A stretch of DNA of 64,000 nucleotides from Bacteroidota bacterium (GTDB lineage Bacteria > Bacteroidota > Bacteroidia > AKYH767-A > OLB10): positions 20,311 to 84,310 of the forward strand of contig JANLZB010000068.1 in NCBI GenBank assembly GCA_031366005.1, in the 5' to 3' direction. Position 1 is the stretch's first letter. Each line of letters starts with the position of its first letter. The notes under the pieces are model-generated. The model ran no database searches and was not told the origin of the DNA. It saw nothing but the letters and a program-made list of their open reading frames with translations. The position numbers and the translations under genes are program-made. Below are positions 11,501-20,840 of the stretch, piece after piece.

Positions 11501-13271
11501 TAACTTCAGCTCCGGAAATGTTTGTTACAGCAACATCACAAGTTTCTTTGATCAGTCTCAGGTAACAGGTGGAGGCAATTTTACTTACCTCTGGGATTTC
11601 GGTGATGGAACAACTGATTCTGTCGCCAATCCGCAGCACGCATTTATTAATGCAGGAATTTATAATGTATCATTAACGGTATCTACAGCAAATGGCTGTA
11701 CTGCCACAATAATTAAAAACGTGAAAGTTTATCCATTGCCTGTTGCAAGTTTCACTGCAGGAAATGTGTGTTTAATGCATCCAACAATTTTCCTTGATGG
11801 ATCCACAGTTTCTGGAAGCACAATAACGGGGTGGAACTGGAATTTCGGAGATTCAATTGTTGTTACTTTTCAAAATCCTGTTCATCAGTATGAAAGTCCG
11901 GGTTGGTATAATGTATCCTTACAGGTAACATCTGAATTTGGTTGTCGTGCAAACACACTTGACTCCGTTCAGATTTATACTCCTCCTACTCCACAAATTG
12001 CGGCAACAACAGGTTGTCTTAATGATAATTTATTTTTTAGTGATACCAGTTCAGGCACTAATAATCAGATAACAAATTATTACTGGGAGTTTGATCATGG
12101 AATCTATACAAGCACCATTGGAAATCCTAATTATTCATTTAATACACCGGGACTTCATACCATTACTTTAACAACAACAAATAACAATGGATGCAGCTCA
12201 ACAAGAAGCATCAACATTAATGTATCTCCATTACCTGTTGCTGATTTTGAAGCAGCTCCATCATGTGCAAACAGTGCAATGCAGTTTAACAGCACTTCCA
12301 CTATTTCTTCCGGAAGCATCATTGGTTATCAATGGAATTTCGGTGATAGTGCAGCAACTGCATCCACACAACAAAATCCATCTTTCATTTATACACAGCC
12401 CGGAACTTATAATGTAACATTGATTGTAACAAGCAACGATGGTTGTCATGATACAATCATTCAACAGGTAACTGTGCATCCATTGCCGACCGCTGCATTT
12501 CATAATATTTCAGCAGCAGGCTGTGGACCGGTGATCGTGCAGTTTAATGATTCCTCATTTATACCATCAGGAAACGTGGTGTCATGGCATTGGGATTTTG
12601 GCGATGGCGGAACATCTGAATTGCAAAATCCTTCGCATGCTTACTCAATCAGCGGAAATTATTCAGTAACGCTAACCGTCACATCGGATTCAGGATGTAC
12701 GAATTCCGTTACGATGCAGAATATTGTAACGGTATATCCCAGTCCGCAGGCTGGCTTTGAACCGGATGCTTATACACACTCAATTGATGTACCGACATTC
12801 GAATTTCAAAATTTAAGTACAGGAGGTAATACTTATAACTGGACGTTTGGTGACGGAGGAAATTCAACTGCTTACGAACCCACACATTCTTATCCTGACA
12901 CCGGTTGGTATCATGTTACACTTTGGGTAACTAATTCATTTGGTTGCTGGGATAGTATTTCAAAAAATGTTTATGTAGAACCATTGTTTGAATTTTATAT
13001 ACCCAATGCATTCACGCCAAATGCTGACGGATCTAATGATGGTTTCAACGTGAAAGGGATTTATATCGTAAATGTTGATATGAATATTTACAACCGTTGG
13101 GGTGATTTGATTTATCATAGTGCTGGCAGAGATAATGCTGACTGGGATGGTTCCGTTCAAGGGCATTGCAACGGACCTGCATCGGAAGGTGTATATGTAT
13201 ATGACATCAGTGTGAAAGATGTATGGGGAAAAACACATCAGCAATATGGACATGTAAATTTGGTGAGATAG
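5511..13271 (+). CDS. Giant PKD-repeat surface protein with T9SS type-B (gliding-motility-associated) C-terminal domain
   Basis: Signal peptide; SHAMGADLTY..YRDC N-terminus; many WDFGDG...NPxH PKD repeats and AGPDQ Ig-like repeats; C-terminal IPNAFTPN..IYNRWG..WDG..GVYVY. Confidence 0.9.
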   Translation: MNKYLQFKIIALSIAAVFVFASQKANASHAMGADLTYQCLGGNTYKLRLSFYRDCIGINAPSSVYVKINSASCGQNLGITCKPITGTGQEVTAMCPAANSTCNGGSFTGIQEWIYEGTVTLPMQCSDWIFSYSLCCRNAAISTITNPGSSTFYIYATLNNTISPCNSSPTFTNKPVPFSCLGQQFQFNHGAVDPDGDSLAYTLVNPMQTVSNPVNYINPYSATDPLNSVPALQFNTATGDITFNPQQLQVTVMSVLVQEFRNGVLIGSVIRDIQITVINCTNDLPSLSGINGTNNFNATICANVPYCFNIFSNDLNAGQQLNVTWNAGIDSATFTTAGTPHPTGTFCWTPSVADIASSPHCFTARVNDDACPYLGSQTYSYCLTVTGLNMNAGPDQAIACSDLATIAGNVSGGNPPYSYQWSNGYTGQAQTVGIGTYIVTASDGNCSATDTVNVISAFEPAAGFNWTGGCAFSPVNFNDQSTTPAGIITNWYWDFGDLSGSTLQNPIHVYSAPGTYQVTLVVVNNLGCNDTIVQPVVVLPIPSASFTTGNACMGSTTCFNNTSVPSGSSWWYFGNGDSSQLSNPCTTFNSAGTYTVTLVSGDTLGCVDTISQSVIINPLPIANFTNSIATCQNGNITFTSTSSGNPTGYWWSFGDGDTSTLQNPIHDYSSSGNYIVTLVVINQYGCSDTITHSISINPPPFANAGPDQAICLGSNVTLTATGGVSYQWNPGGDTTGTIIVSPSSGTTYTVIVTDANGCSSADTIAINVNPLPNPTVSPDQSVCAGQSVILIAGGGVSYEWNPTGATTSTITVTPGSSTTYAVNVIDANGCQATAFVNITIHQNPTVNMPTAVFTCTGVNTLLDPGNVGTSYQWSNGSTSQTISVSQQGIYTVTVTNQFGCTASGSTQVSVGGQVVNNANTISICQGNTTVINAGFAGSTYQWNNGSTAQTITVSNAGNYNVTITDANGCSGTVTNTVMVNVLPLADFTPNNVCINDPMLFHDISTINNGSITSWNWNFGDGNVSQQQNPQHIYQSTGTWTVSLIVTSNSGCADTVTKNFSVYPLPTVNFIAANSCQMQSVQFTDLSSIAVGNLTGWNWNFGDGNYSSQQNPSHPYQNPGTYFVTLNVTTAGGCSDSLVKQVIVYPKPDANFTATQICLNSPTSFTNTSSVTGGTITNWLWDFGNGLLSAQQNPSYTYAAAGTYNVSLIITTSNGCSDTIIQPVIVKQTPNADAGTSYTVCRNTPVTLTGTGGVSYSWTPGGATSASIIVTPAVTTTYYVIVTGANGCTATDSVKLSLKNLPVADAGPDKQICVGTTTSLTAAGGVSYLWNPGGLTTSTINVNPTSTTQYIVIVTGANGCSNNDTAIVTVNPLPLANAGPDQTICEGSTIALTASGGTSYNWQNTGATTATIYINPTAPTAYIVNVIDSTGCQNKDTVNISLNPTPVVNLTPSFFCIGFSTTLDAAIAGAVYEWQPNGETTQTISVSAAGTYTVLVTNSFGCQGLGSTNVVEGGTGLSGTPTNVLICQGNSITLDAGNPGLNYSWSTGAITQTISVNTSGSYSVTVTDGSGCTATFINNVTVNPLPVVGFTSSNSCLGNITQFTNTSTISTGTIANYFWTFGNGYSSSLQNPSQLYSTSGAYNTTLQVTSGFGCVASATVPVTVAPLPIADFSTTTVCNNNATQFTDLSTLSSGSITAWNWNFGNGNISSNQNPSFTFATDGTYNVMLVVSSGTGCNDTTLQSVTINPKPIAAFNGADVCEGDSTVFINLSSINNGGISDYTWDFGDQQGSSLENPTHLYATAGIYAVTLMVGSDHGCMDTLTKTINVNARPIANFSTPPACHTSNSIFNDNSTANNGNVNGWYWSFGDGGSSNQHNTTHQYNNPGSYTVTLVATSDKGCSDTLTRNTIVNPLPVINFSTQDVCFGSATQFTDASAISSGTLNSWNWNFGDNTISSQQNPTHQYPSAGTYNAQLIVSSNNGCLDTLSHSVNVFPLPAANFSSGNVCYSNITSFFDQSQVTGGGNFTYLWDFGDGTTDSVANPQHAFINAGIYNVSLTVSTANGCTATIIKNVKVYPLPVASFTAGNVCLMHPTIFLDGSTVSGSTITGWNWNFGDSIVVTFQNPVHQYESPGWYNVSLQVTSEFGCRANTLDSVQIYTPPTPQIAATTGCLNDNLFFSDTSSGTNNQITNYYWEFDHGIYTSTIGNPNYSFNTPGLHTITLTTTNNNGCSSTRSININVSPLPVADFEAAPSCANSAMQFNSTSTISSGSIIGYQWNFGDSAATASTQQNPSFIYTQPGTYNVTLIVTSNDGCHDTIIQQVTVHPLPTAAFHNISAAGCGPVIVQFNDSSFIPSGNVVSWHWDFGDGGTSELQNPSHAYSISGNYSVTLTVTSDSGCTNSVTMQNIVTVYPSPQAGFEPDAYTHSIDVPTFEFQNLSTGGNTYNWTFGDGGNSTAYEPTHSYPDTGWYHVTLWVTNSFGCWDSISKNVYVEPLFEFYIPNAFTPNADGSNDGFNVKGIYIVNVDMNIYNRWGDLIYHSAGRDNADWDGSVQGHCNGPASEGVYVYDISVKDVWGKTHQQYGHVNLVR

Positions 13272-13384
13272 AATTAAGGTTTAAAATTTCAGGTCAAAAG
13301 TTTAGTCTGTTAAAATTTATTTTTCATCCTTATGACATATAATTTATTTCATATCGCATCACTTTTTTTCTTTGCAGATACATT

Positions 13385-13927
13385 ATGAAAAACCAGATTT
13401 ATTTTATTGCAATCATTCCTCCTGTAAATATTTCAGAAGAAATTAATAAGCTGCGTAAACAATTATTGCCGGATTTTAATGTTCATAATGAAGACAAAAA
13501 ATTTCCTCACATTACTCTTCAGCATACATTCCGAAGATCAACTGAGATTGAACAACTGGTTACTTATTTTTTAAATGAATTGGCTCAAGTGTTAAAACCT
13601 TTTGAAATAACTATTAACAACTTCAATCATTTCGATAACCGTACTTTGTATATCGCAGTTAACAAAAATGAACCTTTACAAAACTTATATCAACAGGTAA
13701 AAAAAATTCTTGTTGAGAAATTAAACTTTCCATCAAATCATATCAGTAACAACTTTACACCTCACATCACACTCGAAAAAAAATTAACAAAAGAGCTTTT
13801 TACGATGGGCTGGAATGCAATTGAACATTTACAATACAAAGCAACTTTTACAGTTTCCAGCTTTAGCTTAATGAAACACAATGGAATTAAATGGGAACCG
13901 CTGCATCACTTTAATTTTCAAAATTGA
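13385..13927 (+). CDS. 2H phosphoesterase (2'-5' RNA ligase family)
   Basis: Two PHITL (HxT) motifs. Confidence 0.85.
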   Translation: MKNQIYFIAIIPPVNISEEINKLRKQLLPDFNVHNEDKKFPHITLQHTFRRSTEIEQLVTYFLNELAQVLKPFEITINNFNHFDNRTLYIAVNKNEPLQNLYQQVKKILVEKLNFPSNHISNNFTPHITLEKKLTKELFTMGWNAIEHLQYKATFTVSSFSLMKHNGIKWEPLHHFNFQN

Positions 13928-13936
13928 TTTAATTTA

Positions 13937-14731
13937 TTACAATTCCTTCTGCAACATCCGCTCTAATTCTTCAGAGCTAAGATTATTGTACATCTTACCA
14001 TCAATAGCAACAGATATCTGACCGGTTTCTTCTGATACGATAATAGATATTGCATCCGTCTGCTCTGTAATACCCAAAGCAGCGCGGTGACGCATTCCAT
14101 AATTTGCAGGCAATTCAGTATTATCTGTTACAGGCAATACGCAACGTGCAGCTTTTATTTTACTGCCTTCGATAATAGCAGCGCCATCATGTAAAGGGCT
14201 GTTTTTAAAAAAAATACTTTCCAGCAAACGTTTGGAAACTTCTGCATCCACAATATCTCCCGTTGCTTCATAAAACTTGAGGTCAACGGTGCGGGCAATT
14301 ACGATGATAGCACCTGTTTTTACTTTAGCCATGCTTCCACAAGCTTTAACAAGAGGTGGAATATTTAAGTTGGAAGAAGTCTGAGCTTTCCAGTGCCATG
14401 GTAAAAGTTTTCGGGAAAAACCTGTCTTGCTCAAAAAACTATTGGTGCCGAGTAATATTAAAAATCTTCTAACTTCTTGTTGAAACACAATGATAAGAGC
14501 AAGCACACCTACACTCATAAACTGCCCGAGTATTGCACCAAGTAATTGCATGTCGAGCACTTTTACAAAAAGCCACCACAAAACATAAACAGCAATGATG
14601 CCTATAAATACATTCATAGCAGTACCACCTTTCAGCAACTCATATACTTTGTACATTAAGAATGCTACAAGCAGTATGTCGAGTATGTCAAGCAACCTGA
14701 CAGATAAAAAACCGATGTGAAATAATTCCAT
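13937..14731 (-). CDS. cdaA: Diadenylate cyclase CdaA/DacA
   Basis: Three N-terminal TM helices; SPLHDGA, GMRHRAA and VSEETG motifs. Confidence 0.93.
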   Translation of the reverse strand: MELFHIGFLSVRLLDILDILLVAFLMYKVYELLKGGTAMNVFIGIIAVYVLWWLFVKVLDMQLLGAILGQFMSVGVLALIIVFQQEVRRFLILLGTNSFLSKTGFSRKLLPWHWKAQTSSNLNIPPLVKACGSMAKVKTGAIIVIARTVDLKFYEATGDIVDAEVSKRLLESIFFKNSPLHDGAAIIEGSKIKAARCVLPVTDNTELPANYGMRHRAALGITEQTDAISIIVSEETGQISVAIDGKMYNNLSSEELERMLQKEL

Positions 14732-14803
14732 TCTTTTTTGGTTTACAGTTTAGGGTTTACAGTTTATAGTTGTTGTTTGCATTCATAATTCATAACTCAA
14801 AAT

Positions 14804-15379
14804 TTATAACTTCAACACAAATCTATACGGAAGCAAAGCATCAATACCTGCACTTTCTACGCCTATGCGAGGCCCGAACTTTATATTTTCCTGCTTCACT
14901 TCTATATTTCTGTCTTCAATCCATATTTTTTTACCCAGCAGACTTAATCCCGAATGCTGTTTATCAATTCCCAATGCCTGTGCAACTGTGCCTGGTCCGC
15001 CAGCAAGCGTTTTGTCCACCTGTAATTTATTTCTCCGGTAAAGCATATGATTAATTCCTTCCAATGGTTTTATTGCACGAATCAATATTGCATGTGGTTC
15101 GTCCTTAACATTAGTAACTACATTAAACAAATGATGCATTCCGTAGCAAATATAAACGTAAGATATTCCTCCCTCGCCATACATGTGTTCATTGCGTGCT
15201 GTTCTTTTTCCGCTGTAAGCATGTGATGCACGATCAACAAACCCATTGTATGCTTCTGTTTCTGTTATTATTCCTGAAGTTTTTTTACGGTCAAAATTAG
15301 TAACCAAAACTTTTCCTAATAACTCACGTGCTAACGCAACAACGTCAGTTCTTAAATAAAAATCTTCTGTTAATTTCAT
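14804..15379 (-). CDS. mpg: DNA-3-methyladenine glycosylase (MPG/AAG family)
   Basis: ETEAY, YVYICYGMH, GPG and GPRIG motifs. Confidence 0.93.
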   Translation of the reverse strand: MKLTEDFYLRTDVVALARELLGKVLVTNFDRKKTSGIITETEAYNGFVDRASHAYSGKRTARNEHMYGEGGISYVYICYGMHHLFNVVTNVKDEPHAILIRAIKPLEGINHMLYRRNKLQVDKTLAGGPGTVAQALGIDKQHSGLSLLGKKIWIEDRNIEVKQENIKFGPRIGVESAGIDALLPYRFVLKL

Positions 15380-15390
15380 AATTACATATC

Positions 15391-15472
15391 AACGAATTTC
15401 GAATGTTATACGAATTTACCAATCATGATTTTACACATTCGTAAATTCGTTTTTTTTATTCGTAATTCGTAG
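15391..15472. repeat. Inverted ACGAAT/ATTCGT short-repeat element
   Basis: aacgaatttcgaat..tacgaat faces attcgtaaattcgt..attcgtaattcgt; a related half-element lies near 26381-26400. Confidence 0.55.
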
Positions 15473-15478
15473 ATGACA

Positions 15479-17380
15479 TTATAGACTTAGTTTTTCATCA
15501 TCCGTATAATGCAAATCACCATTATCCAGTAACCATTGAACCACTTTTATTGCTTTGTCTTCATTGTGAACAGATAAATTTCCAATCAACTCTGAGAGAT
15601 CCATCTGCTTATTCTTAAGTGTTGAATTGATTAATTGTGTCAGTTCTTCAAATTCAAAATCATTTACTTCTAATTTATTTCGTTGACGGCAATAGTCGCA
15701 TGTACCACAACGCTGCTCTGCCTGTTCTCCAAAATATTCAAGCAACATCATGCTCCGGCAATGGTAGTTGTCAGTTGCATAGTGAATAAGCGCACCTGCT
15801 TTCTGTGCAAAACGTTTTTTTCTTTCCTGTAAATGTTCAGCGCTTATTTTTAGTTCTGATACATCTACACGTGCATGATTGAAAGTAATTCTCGGCTGAT
15901 CAGTTTGTGGAAGATAACTCAACACTTCTGCTTTATCTAAATGTTGTAATAGTTTCATCACTTGCCCTTTTTCAATATTTGATTTCACCGCTATATCCTG
16001 TTCATGAATATTTACATACTCATCAAAAATGCCACCATAGCTGCGCAAAATTGTTTTGATGAAATGATCATAAGCTGGTTGCTCTACCTGAAATTTATAG
16101 AGATCAAGATTATTTAAAATAAAACGAATACGTGAAGGAAGATAAACAGATTCCGACAAAGTGAGATAATCTTCCATCTCTAAAACTTTTAACCGCTTAA
16201 CAACATGCAACGGATGTAATTTATATTGTGCAGCAAAAGAAACCAGGTCAAACTCATAACTCTGACCTTCACCTGCATTGATAGCGACCTGCAAAAAATT
16301 AGCAAGAGACTGGTAAGTACTTTTTATGTCTTCAATTTTTGGAAACTGTTCTTCTTTGCGATGGTTAAGATCAAGTATATCGTGTTCATTATAAATCAAA
16401 ACTCCATAAGCTAATTTTTCATCACGACCTCCACGGCCTGCTTCCTGATAATAGCTTTCTAAATTATCAGGAAGATCAAGATGAATCACATTACGAACAT
16501 CTGCTTTATCAATCCCCATTCCGAATGCATTGGTAGCAACAATTACACGCAACACATTTTTTTTCCATTGATCCTGACGTTCATTCCTTACTGTATTTGG
16601 TAATCCTGCATGATAATATCCTGCTTTGATATTTTGTTTGTTCAGCCAATCAGAAATTTCCTGTGTCTTCCTTCTGTTACGCACATAAACAATACTGCTA
16701 CCTGGAACATTTCTCAAAATACGTAACATGGTGGAATGCTTGTCTTCTTCTTTAAGCACAACATAACTCAGATTTTTTCTTGCAAAACTTTTTACAAATA
16801 CTTTTTGATTTTTAAATTGAAGCTTTTCACAGATATCTTTTTTAACTTCTTTAGTTGCAGTAGCAGTTAATGCAAGCACTGGTATATTTGGAATTAACTC
16901 ACGAATAGCTGCAATACGCAAATAAGGCGGGCGAAAATCATAACCCCATTGGGAGATGCAATGTGCTTCATCAACAGCTAAAAGATTAACCGGCATTTTT
17001 GGAAAACGTGCAAGAAATAATTCTGACTCTAACCTTTCAGGCGATACATAAAGAAATTTATAATTACCGTAAATACAATTGTCTAAAATAATATCCACTT
17101 CTTTTTTACTCATGCCTGAGACAATAGATGCAGCACGGATATTTTTTGCTTTCAGTTGTTCCACCTGGTCTTTCATCAATGCAATCAATGGAGAAATCAC
17201 AATACAAATTCCATCTTTAGCAAGAGCGGGAACCTGAAAGCAAATTGATTTACCTCCACCGGTTGGCATCAACGCAAGTGTATCATTCCCATCAATAACA
17301 GATTGAATAATATCTTCCTGCAGCGGACGAAATTTTTGATGTCCCCAGTATTGATTTAGAATTTGCAGGAATGTGTTCAA
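15479..17380 (-). CDS. recQ: RecQ family ATP-dependent DNA helicase
   Basis: MPTGGGKS, DEAHCISQWGYDFRP, ATNAFGMGID, QEAGRGGRD and a Zn-binding CGTCDYC. Confidence 0.93.
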   Translation of the reverse strand: MNTFLQILNQYWGHQKFRPLQEDIIQSVIDGNDTLALMPTGGGKSICFQVPALAKDGICIVISPLIALMKDQVEQLKAKNIRAASIVSGMSKKEVDIILDNCIYGNYKFLYVSPERLESELFLARFPKMPVNLLAVDEAHCISQWGYDFRPPYLRIAAIRELIPNIPVLALTATATKEVKKDICEKLQFKNQKVFVKSFARKNLSYVVLKEEDKHSTMLRILRNVPGSSIVYVRNRRKTQEISDWLNKQNIKAGYYHAGLPNTVRNERQDQWKKNVLRVIVATNAFGMGIDKADVRNVIHLDLPDNLESYYQEAGRGGRDEKLAYGVLIYNEHDILDLNHRKEEQFPKIEDIKSTYQSLANFLQVAINAGEGQSYEFDLVSFAAQYKLHPLHVVKRLKVLEMEDYLTLSESVYLPSRIRFILNNLDLYKFQVEQPAYDHFIKTILRSYGGIFDEYVNIHEQDIAVKSNIEKGQVMKLLQHLDKAEVLSYLPQTDQPRITFNHARVDVSELKISAEHLQERKKRFAQKAGALIHYATDNYHCRSMMLLEYFGEQAEQRCGTCDYCRQRNKLEVNDFEFEELTQLINSTLKNKQMDLSELIGNLSVHNEDKAIKVVQWLLDNGDLHYTDDEKLSL

Positions 17381-17455
17381 TATTTTAGATTGTTGAATTG
17401 TTAAATTGTTATATTGTTATACAGCAATTCAGCAATAAATAATTGAGCATAGAAA

Positions 17456-18214
17456 TTATTCATTTCCACCAATAAACCCGCCCAATATTCCACCCAATCC
17501 TCTTGACTCTTCTCTGCCTCCGCCAACTCTTGAGGCAGCTACGATACGATCAGCCATTCGCGAGAATGGCACACTTTGCAGATAAACTAAACCCGGTCCG
17601 GTAATTAAAGCAAAAAACAATCCTTCTCCGCCAAAGAGAGAGTTTTTAAAACCGCCAATAAATTTTATATCATAATTTATAGTTGGTTCAAATGCAACTA
17701 AACATCCGGTATCAACTCTTAAAGTTTCACCGGCAGCCAATTGTCTTTTAATAATTGTACCACCGGCATGAATGAAAGTGTTTCCATCACCGCTTAATTC
17801 CTGCAGGATAAAACCTTCACCACCAAACAATCCGACACCCATGCGTTTTGTAAAAGCAATATTGATTTCAATGCCTTGGGCTGCACATAGAAAACCATCT
17901 TTCTGACATAAAAATTTTCCACCGAAATGCGCAGGATTAATGTTAATTATTTTTCCCGGATACGGAGCTGCAAATGCCATCTTGCGTTTTCTGTTTCCAT
18001 TATTGACAAACGTGGTGATGAAAAAACTTTCACCGGTAATCATTCGTTTAATTCCTTTAAAAATTCCTCCTCCAGTACCGGTTTGCATTTCAATACCTTC
18101 TTCCATATAAAGCATTGCACCTGCTTCTGCACGCACTGCTTCCTGAGGATCCATTTCTACTTCTACTACCTGGATATCGTCACCCAGGATTTCAAAATCA
18201 ATTTCGTGTGCCAT
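17456..18214 (-). CDS. AIM24 / TIGR00266 family protein
   Basis: AEAGAM, TGESFF, FGGEGF and VDTGCLVAF motifs. Confidence 0.88.
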   Translation of the reverse strand: MAHEIDFEILGDDIQVVEVEMDPQEAVRAEAGAMLYMEEGIEMQTGTGGGIFKGIKRMITGESFFITTFVNNGNRKRKMAFAAPYPGKIININPAHFGGKFLCQKDGFLCAAQGIEINIAFTKRMGVGLFGGEGFILQELSGDGNTFIHAGGTIIKRQLAAGETLRVDTGCLVAFEPTINYDIKFIGGFKNSLFGGEGLFFALITGPGLVYLQSVPFSRMADRIVAASRVGGGREESRGLGGILGGFIGGNE

Positions 18215-18347
18215 AGCTTAATTTGATAATTTGTTGATTTGATAATATGATAATGAAAAAAGAATATACTTAACAACTAAACAACATAACAACTTAACAA
18301 CTTAATCCCCTAACTTTACATGACAAAACTATTTAATAGCAGGCAGA

Positions 18348-18680
18348 ATGAAAAAGCAAACATTCCTTTTAATATTTTTTTCTTTTTTTATGTTGAAAGT
18401 GAATGCACAAAGTCTTAAATCAGATTCAATGTTTGTTCCTGCTGGTGTGAAGCAATATCAATTTCATCTCGATAAACCAGTAAAAACCATTGAAGATTTG
18501 CAATATGAAAAAACAGGTGAACCAATCAAAGGAAATTTATCACCTGATAAAACGAGAGTGGTGATGGACAATTATCATAAAGGATCGCGGATTAAAGCAA
18601 AAATTACTTATGAAGATGGAACGACTGAAGAGATTACACGAAGCCCTTGTGTTATTGATCCGTTGAGGTATGAGTTATAA
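18348..18680 (+). CDS. Hypothetical exported protein
   Basis: 110-aa ORF with a signal peptide (..VNAQ). Confidence 0.6.
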   Translation: MKKQTFLLIFFSFFMLKVNAQSLKSDSMFVPAGVKQYQFHLDKPVKTIEDLQYEKTGEPIKGNLSPDKTRVVMDNYHKGSRIKAKITYEDGTTEEITRSPCVIDPLRYEL

Positions 18681-18690
18681 CTGTTAAGTG

Positions 18691-18723
18691 AACCCTCCGA
18701 GGTTTTTAAAACCTCGAAGGGTT
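18691..18723. repeat. REP-like palindrome / possible bidirectional terminator
   Basis: AACCCTCCGAGGTTTTTAAAACCTCGAAGGGTT between convergent genes; related copy at 23022-23053. Confidence 0.65.
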
Positions 18724-18736
18724 GAAAAAGATCATT

Positions 18737-19357
18737 TCACAACAAACCAAGCACCTTTGAAAATAAATGAAAACTCTCCATTGCATTTTTTTGAATATGC
18801 TGAATCTGATCTAACGGAAATTTGCAGCTTAGCTTGAGAAAATCATTTTCAGATAATACTTTATTCAATAAATTATTATCATTTAAAACTTCATTCAATA
18901 AACGATAATTATTTTCTTCGTGATGATGATCCCATTGTTTATCATTTATACAGATATAAACGGGGTGATCTTTTAGGAGGTGTAAATTTTCTGTTATTGA
19001 ATCAAAATGATTTTTATAGTAGGAGCCTCCAATATGCAAAGTACAGCTGTAAAAATTTCCCCACCAGCATAAAGTACGAAATGCAAAAACATTTTCTTTT
19101 TGAAACACTCGAGGGTAATCCAGAATCTGCCATGGATAACCCAGATAATTTTCGCCTTTGCTGATTTTTCCTCTTGTTGGTGGAAGATTAAAAGCGGTGA
19201 CTACTTGCGCAATAAGCAAATCATTTTCTAATTGATGATTCAATTTTTCCAGCAGCACAATAACGGTGTTTGTAATTTTATTCTTACGTTGAAAAAAAAC
19301 GGGATTGGTAAAAATCTCCAGTTCTTCACTGTTTAATTGTGTTGTTGAGTTTTTCAT
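18737..19357 (-). CDS. Hypothetical protein
   Basis: Long ORF containing KISKGENYLGYPWQILDYPR; ATG at 19357 preferred because it avoids the divergent lptF promoter. Confidence 0.7.
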   Translation of the reverse strand: MKNSTTQLNSEELEIFTNPVFFQRKNKITNTVIVLLEKLNHQLENDLLIAQVVTAFNLPPTRGKISKGENYLGYPWQILDYPRVFQKENVFAFRTLCWWGNFYSCTLHIGGSYYKNHFDSITENLHLLKDHPVYICINDKQWDHHHEENNYRLLNEVLNDNNLLNKVLSENDFLKLSCKFPLDQIQHIQKNAMESFHLFSKVLGLL

Positions 19358-19407
19358 GTGATAGCTGTTTCCAAACTTAGAATATTTTTGCACACATTAA
19401 TTAAACA

Positions 19408-20820
19408 ATGAAGAAACTAAACAAGCTCGTACTTCAGTCTTTCATCGGACCGTTTGTAATGACTTTTTTTATTGCACAATTTGTTTTGCTCATGCAGTTT
19501 CTCTGGAAATACATTGATGATCTCATTGGTAAAGGATTGGATCCGATGGTGGTGGGAGAATTACTTTTTTATACTTCAGCAACACTGGTTCCGCTGGCAT
19601 TGCCACTCGCCATTCTCGTTTCTTCCATCATGACATTCGGGAATCTTGCAGAACATTTTGAAATCACAGCAGCAAAAGCATCCGGTGTTTCGCTGCAAAG
19701 ATTAATGCGTCCTTTATTTATTACTGCAGCTTTTATATGCTTGCTTGCATTTTATTTTTCAAATAATATACTGCCATACACCAATCTCAAAATGGGTTCA
19801 TTGTTATATGATATCCGTCAGCAAAAACCTTCATTGGCAATCCGCGAAGGAGTTTTCTATAATGGAATTGATGGATACAGTATTAAGATTGGCAAGAAAG
19901 ATCCTGATGGCAATACCCTGCACAACGTAATGATTTATGATCACAGTACAGGACAGGGAAATAAAAAAGTGATTGTTGCCGAAAGCGGAAAGATGGAAAC
20001 CAGTGGTGATCAGAAATATTTAATACTCACGCTTTTTAGAGGAAGCAGTTATGAAGAACAGAACAAACCAAAAAACAATTATGATACTCATCCGTTGATG
20101 CGTAATAATTTCAAGGAGTATGTTATTCGTTTTGATCTCTCGCAATTCAAATTAAACCGGACTAACGAAGATCTTTTTAAAGGAGGTCAGCAGATGATGA
20201 ATATCAAACAGTTGACACAATCAGTTGACAGCTTGAATAAACAATATCAAAACCGTCAGGAAGAAATCATACACAACTTTTCACCTTATTTTTTATTTCT
20301 TCGCGATTCAGCAACAACCAAAAATGGTTTTTCAAAAAAAGTTGCATCCGTTTCTTACTTCCCACAGGATAAAGCCACTGATATGATTACAATTGATAAT
20401 GCTTTGAACACTGCAAGAAGTATCAAATCATATATTTCAGGTTGTTATGAAGAGATGGATACACGCAGGTACCAGATTGCGAAATACAATGTGGAATGGC
20501 ATCGCAAACTCACATTGTCTGTTGCATGTTTTATTCTTTTTTTAATTGGCGCTCCATTGGGTGCAATCATCCGCAAAGGCGGCATGGGATTACCTTTGGT
20601 TATCAGCATTGTATTTTTTCTTTTGTATCATATCACTTCCATCACCGGTGAGAAACTGGCTAAAGAAGGAAACATTACTGCATTTAAAGGGATGTGGCTT
20701 TCAACATTTTTTCTTTTACCTGTGGGCATTTTTCTCATTTACAAAGCAACGCATGACTCCATGATTTTTGATACAGAAACCTACAAGAGTTTTTTCAAAA
20801 GAATATTAAGGAGAAAATAG
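19408..20820 (+). CDS. lptF: LptF/LptG family LPS export permease
   Basis: LWKYIDDLIGKGL, FEITAAKASGVS and GAPLGAIIRKGG motifs; 3+3 TM layout; TATTTTTG promoter element at 19383. Confidence 0.9.
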   Translation: MKKLNKLVLQSFIGPFVMTFFIAQFVLLMQFLWKYIDDLIGKGLDPMVVGELLFYTSATLVPLALPLAILVSSIMTFGNLAEHFEITAAKASGVSLQRLMRPLFITAAFICLLAFYFSNNILPYTNLKMGSLLYDIRQQKPSLAIREGVFYNGIDGYSIKIGKKDPDGNTLHNVMIYDHSTGQGNKKVIVAESGKMETSGDQKYLILTLFRGSSYEEQNKPKNNYDTHPLMRNNFKEYVIRFDLSQFKLNRTNEDLFKGGQQMMNIKQLTQSVDSLNKQYQNRQEEIIHNFSPYFLFLRDSATTKNGFSKKVASVSYFPQDKATDMITIDNALNTARSIKSYISGCYEEMDTRRYQIAKYNVEWHRKLTLSVACFILFLIGAPLGAIIRKGGMGLPLVISIVFFLLYHITSITGEKLAKEGNITAFKGMWLSTFFLLPVGIFLIYKATHDSMIFDTETYKSFFKRILRRK

Positions 20821-20840
20821 AATGACGATTAAAAATGAGA

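Noticed and set aside
13385-14731. 2H phosphoesterase plus diadenylate cyclase as a cyclic-nucleotide signalling or defence pair
   Set aside because: The genes are convergent, not co-transcribed, and both families are common housekeeping genes.
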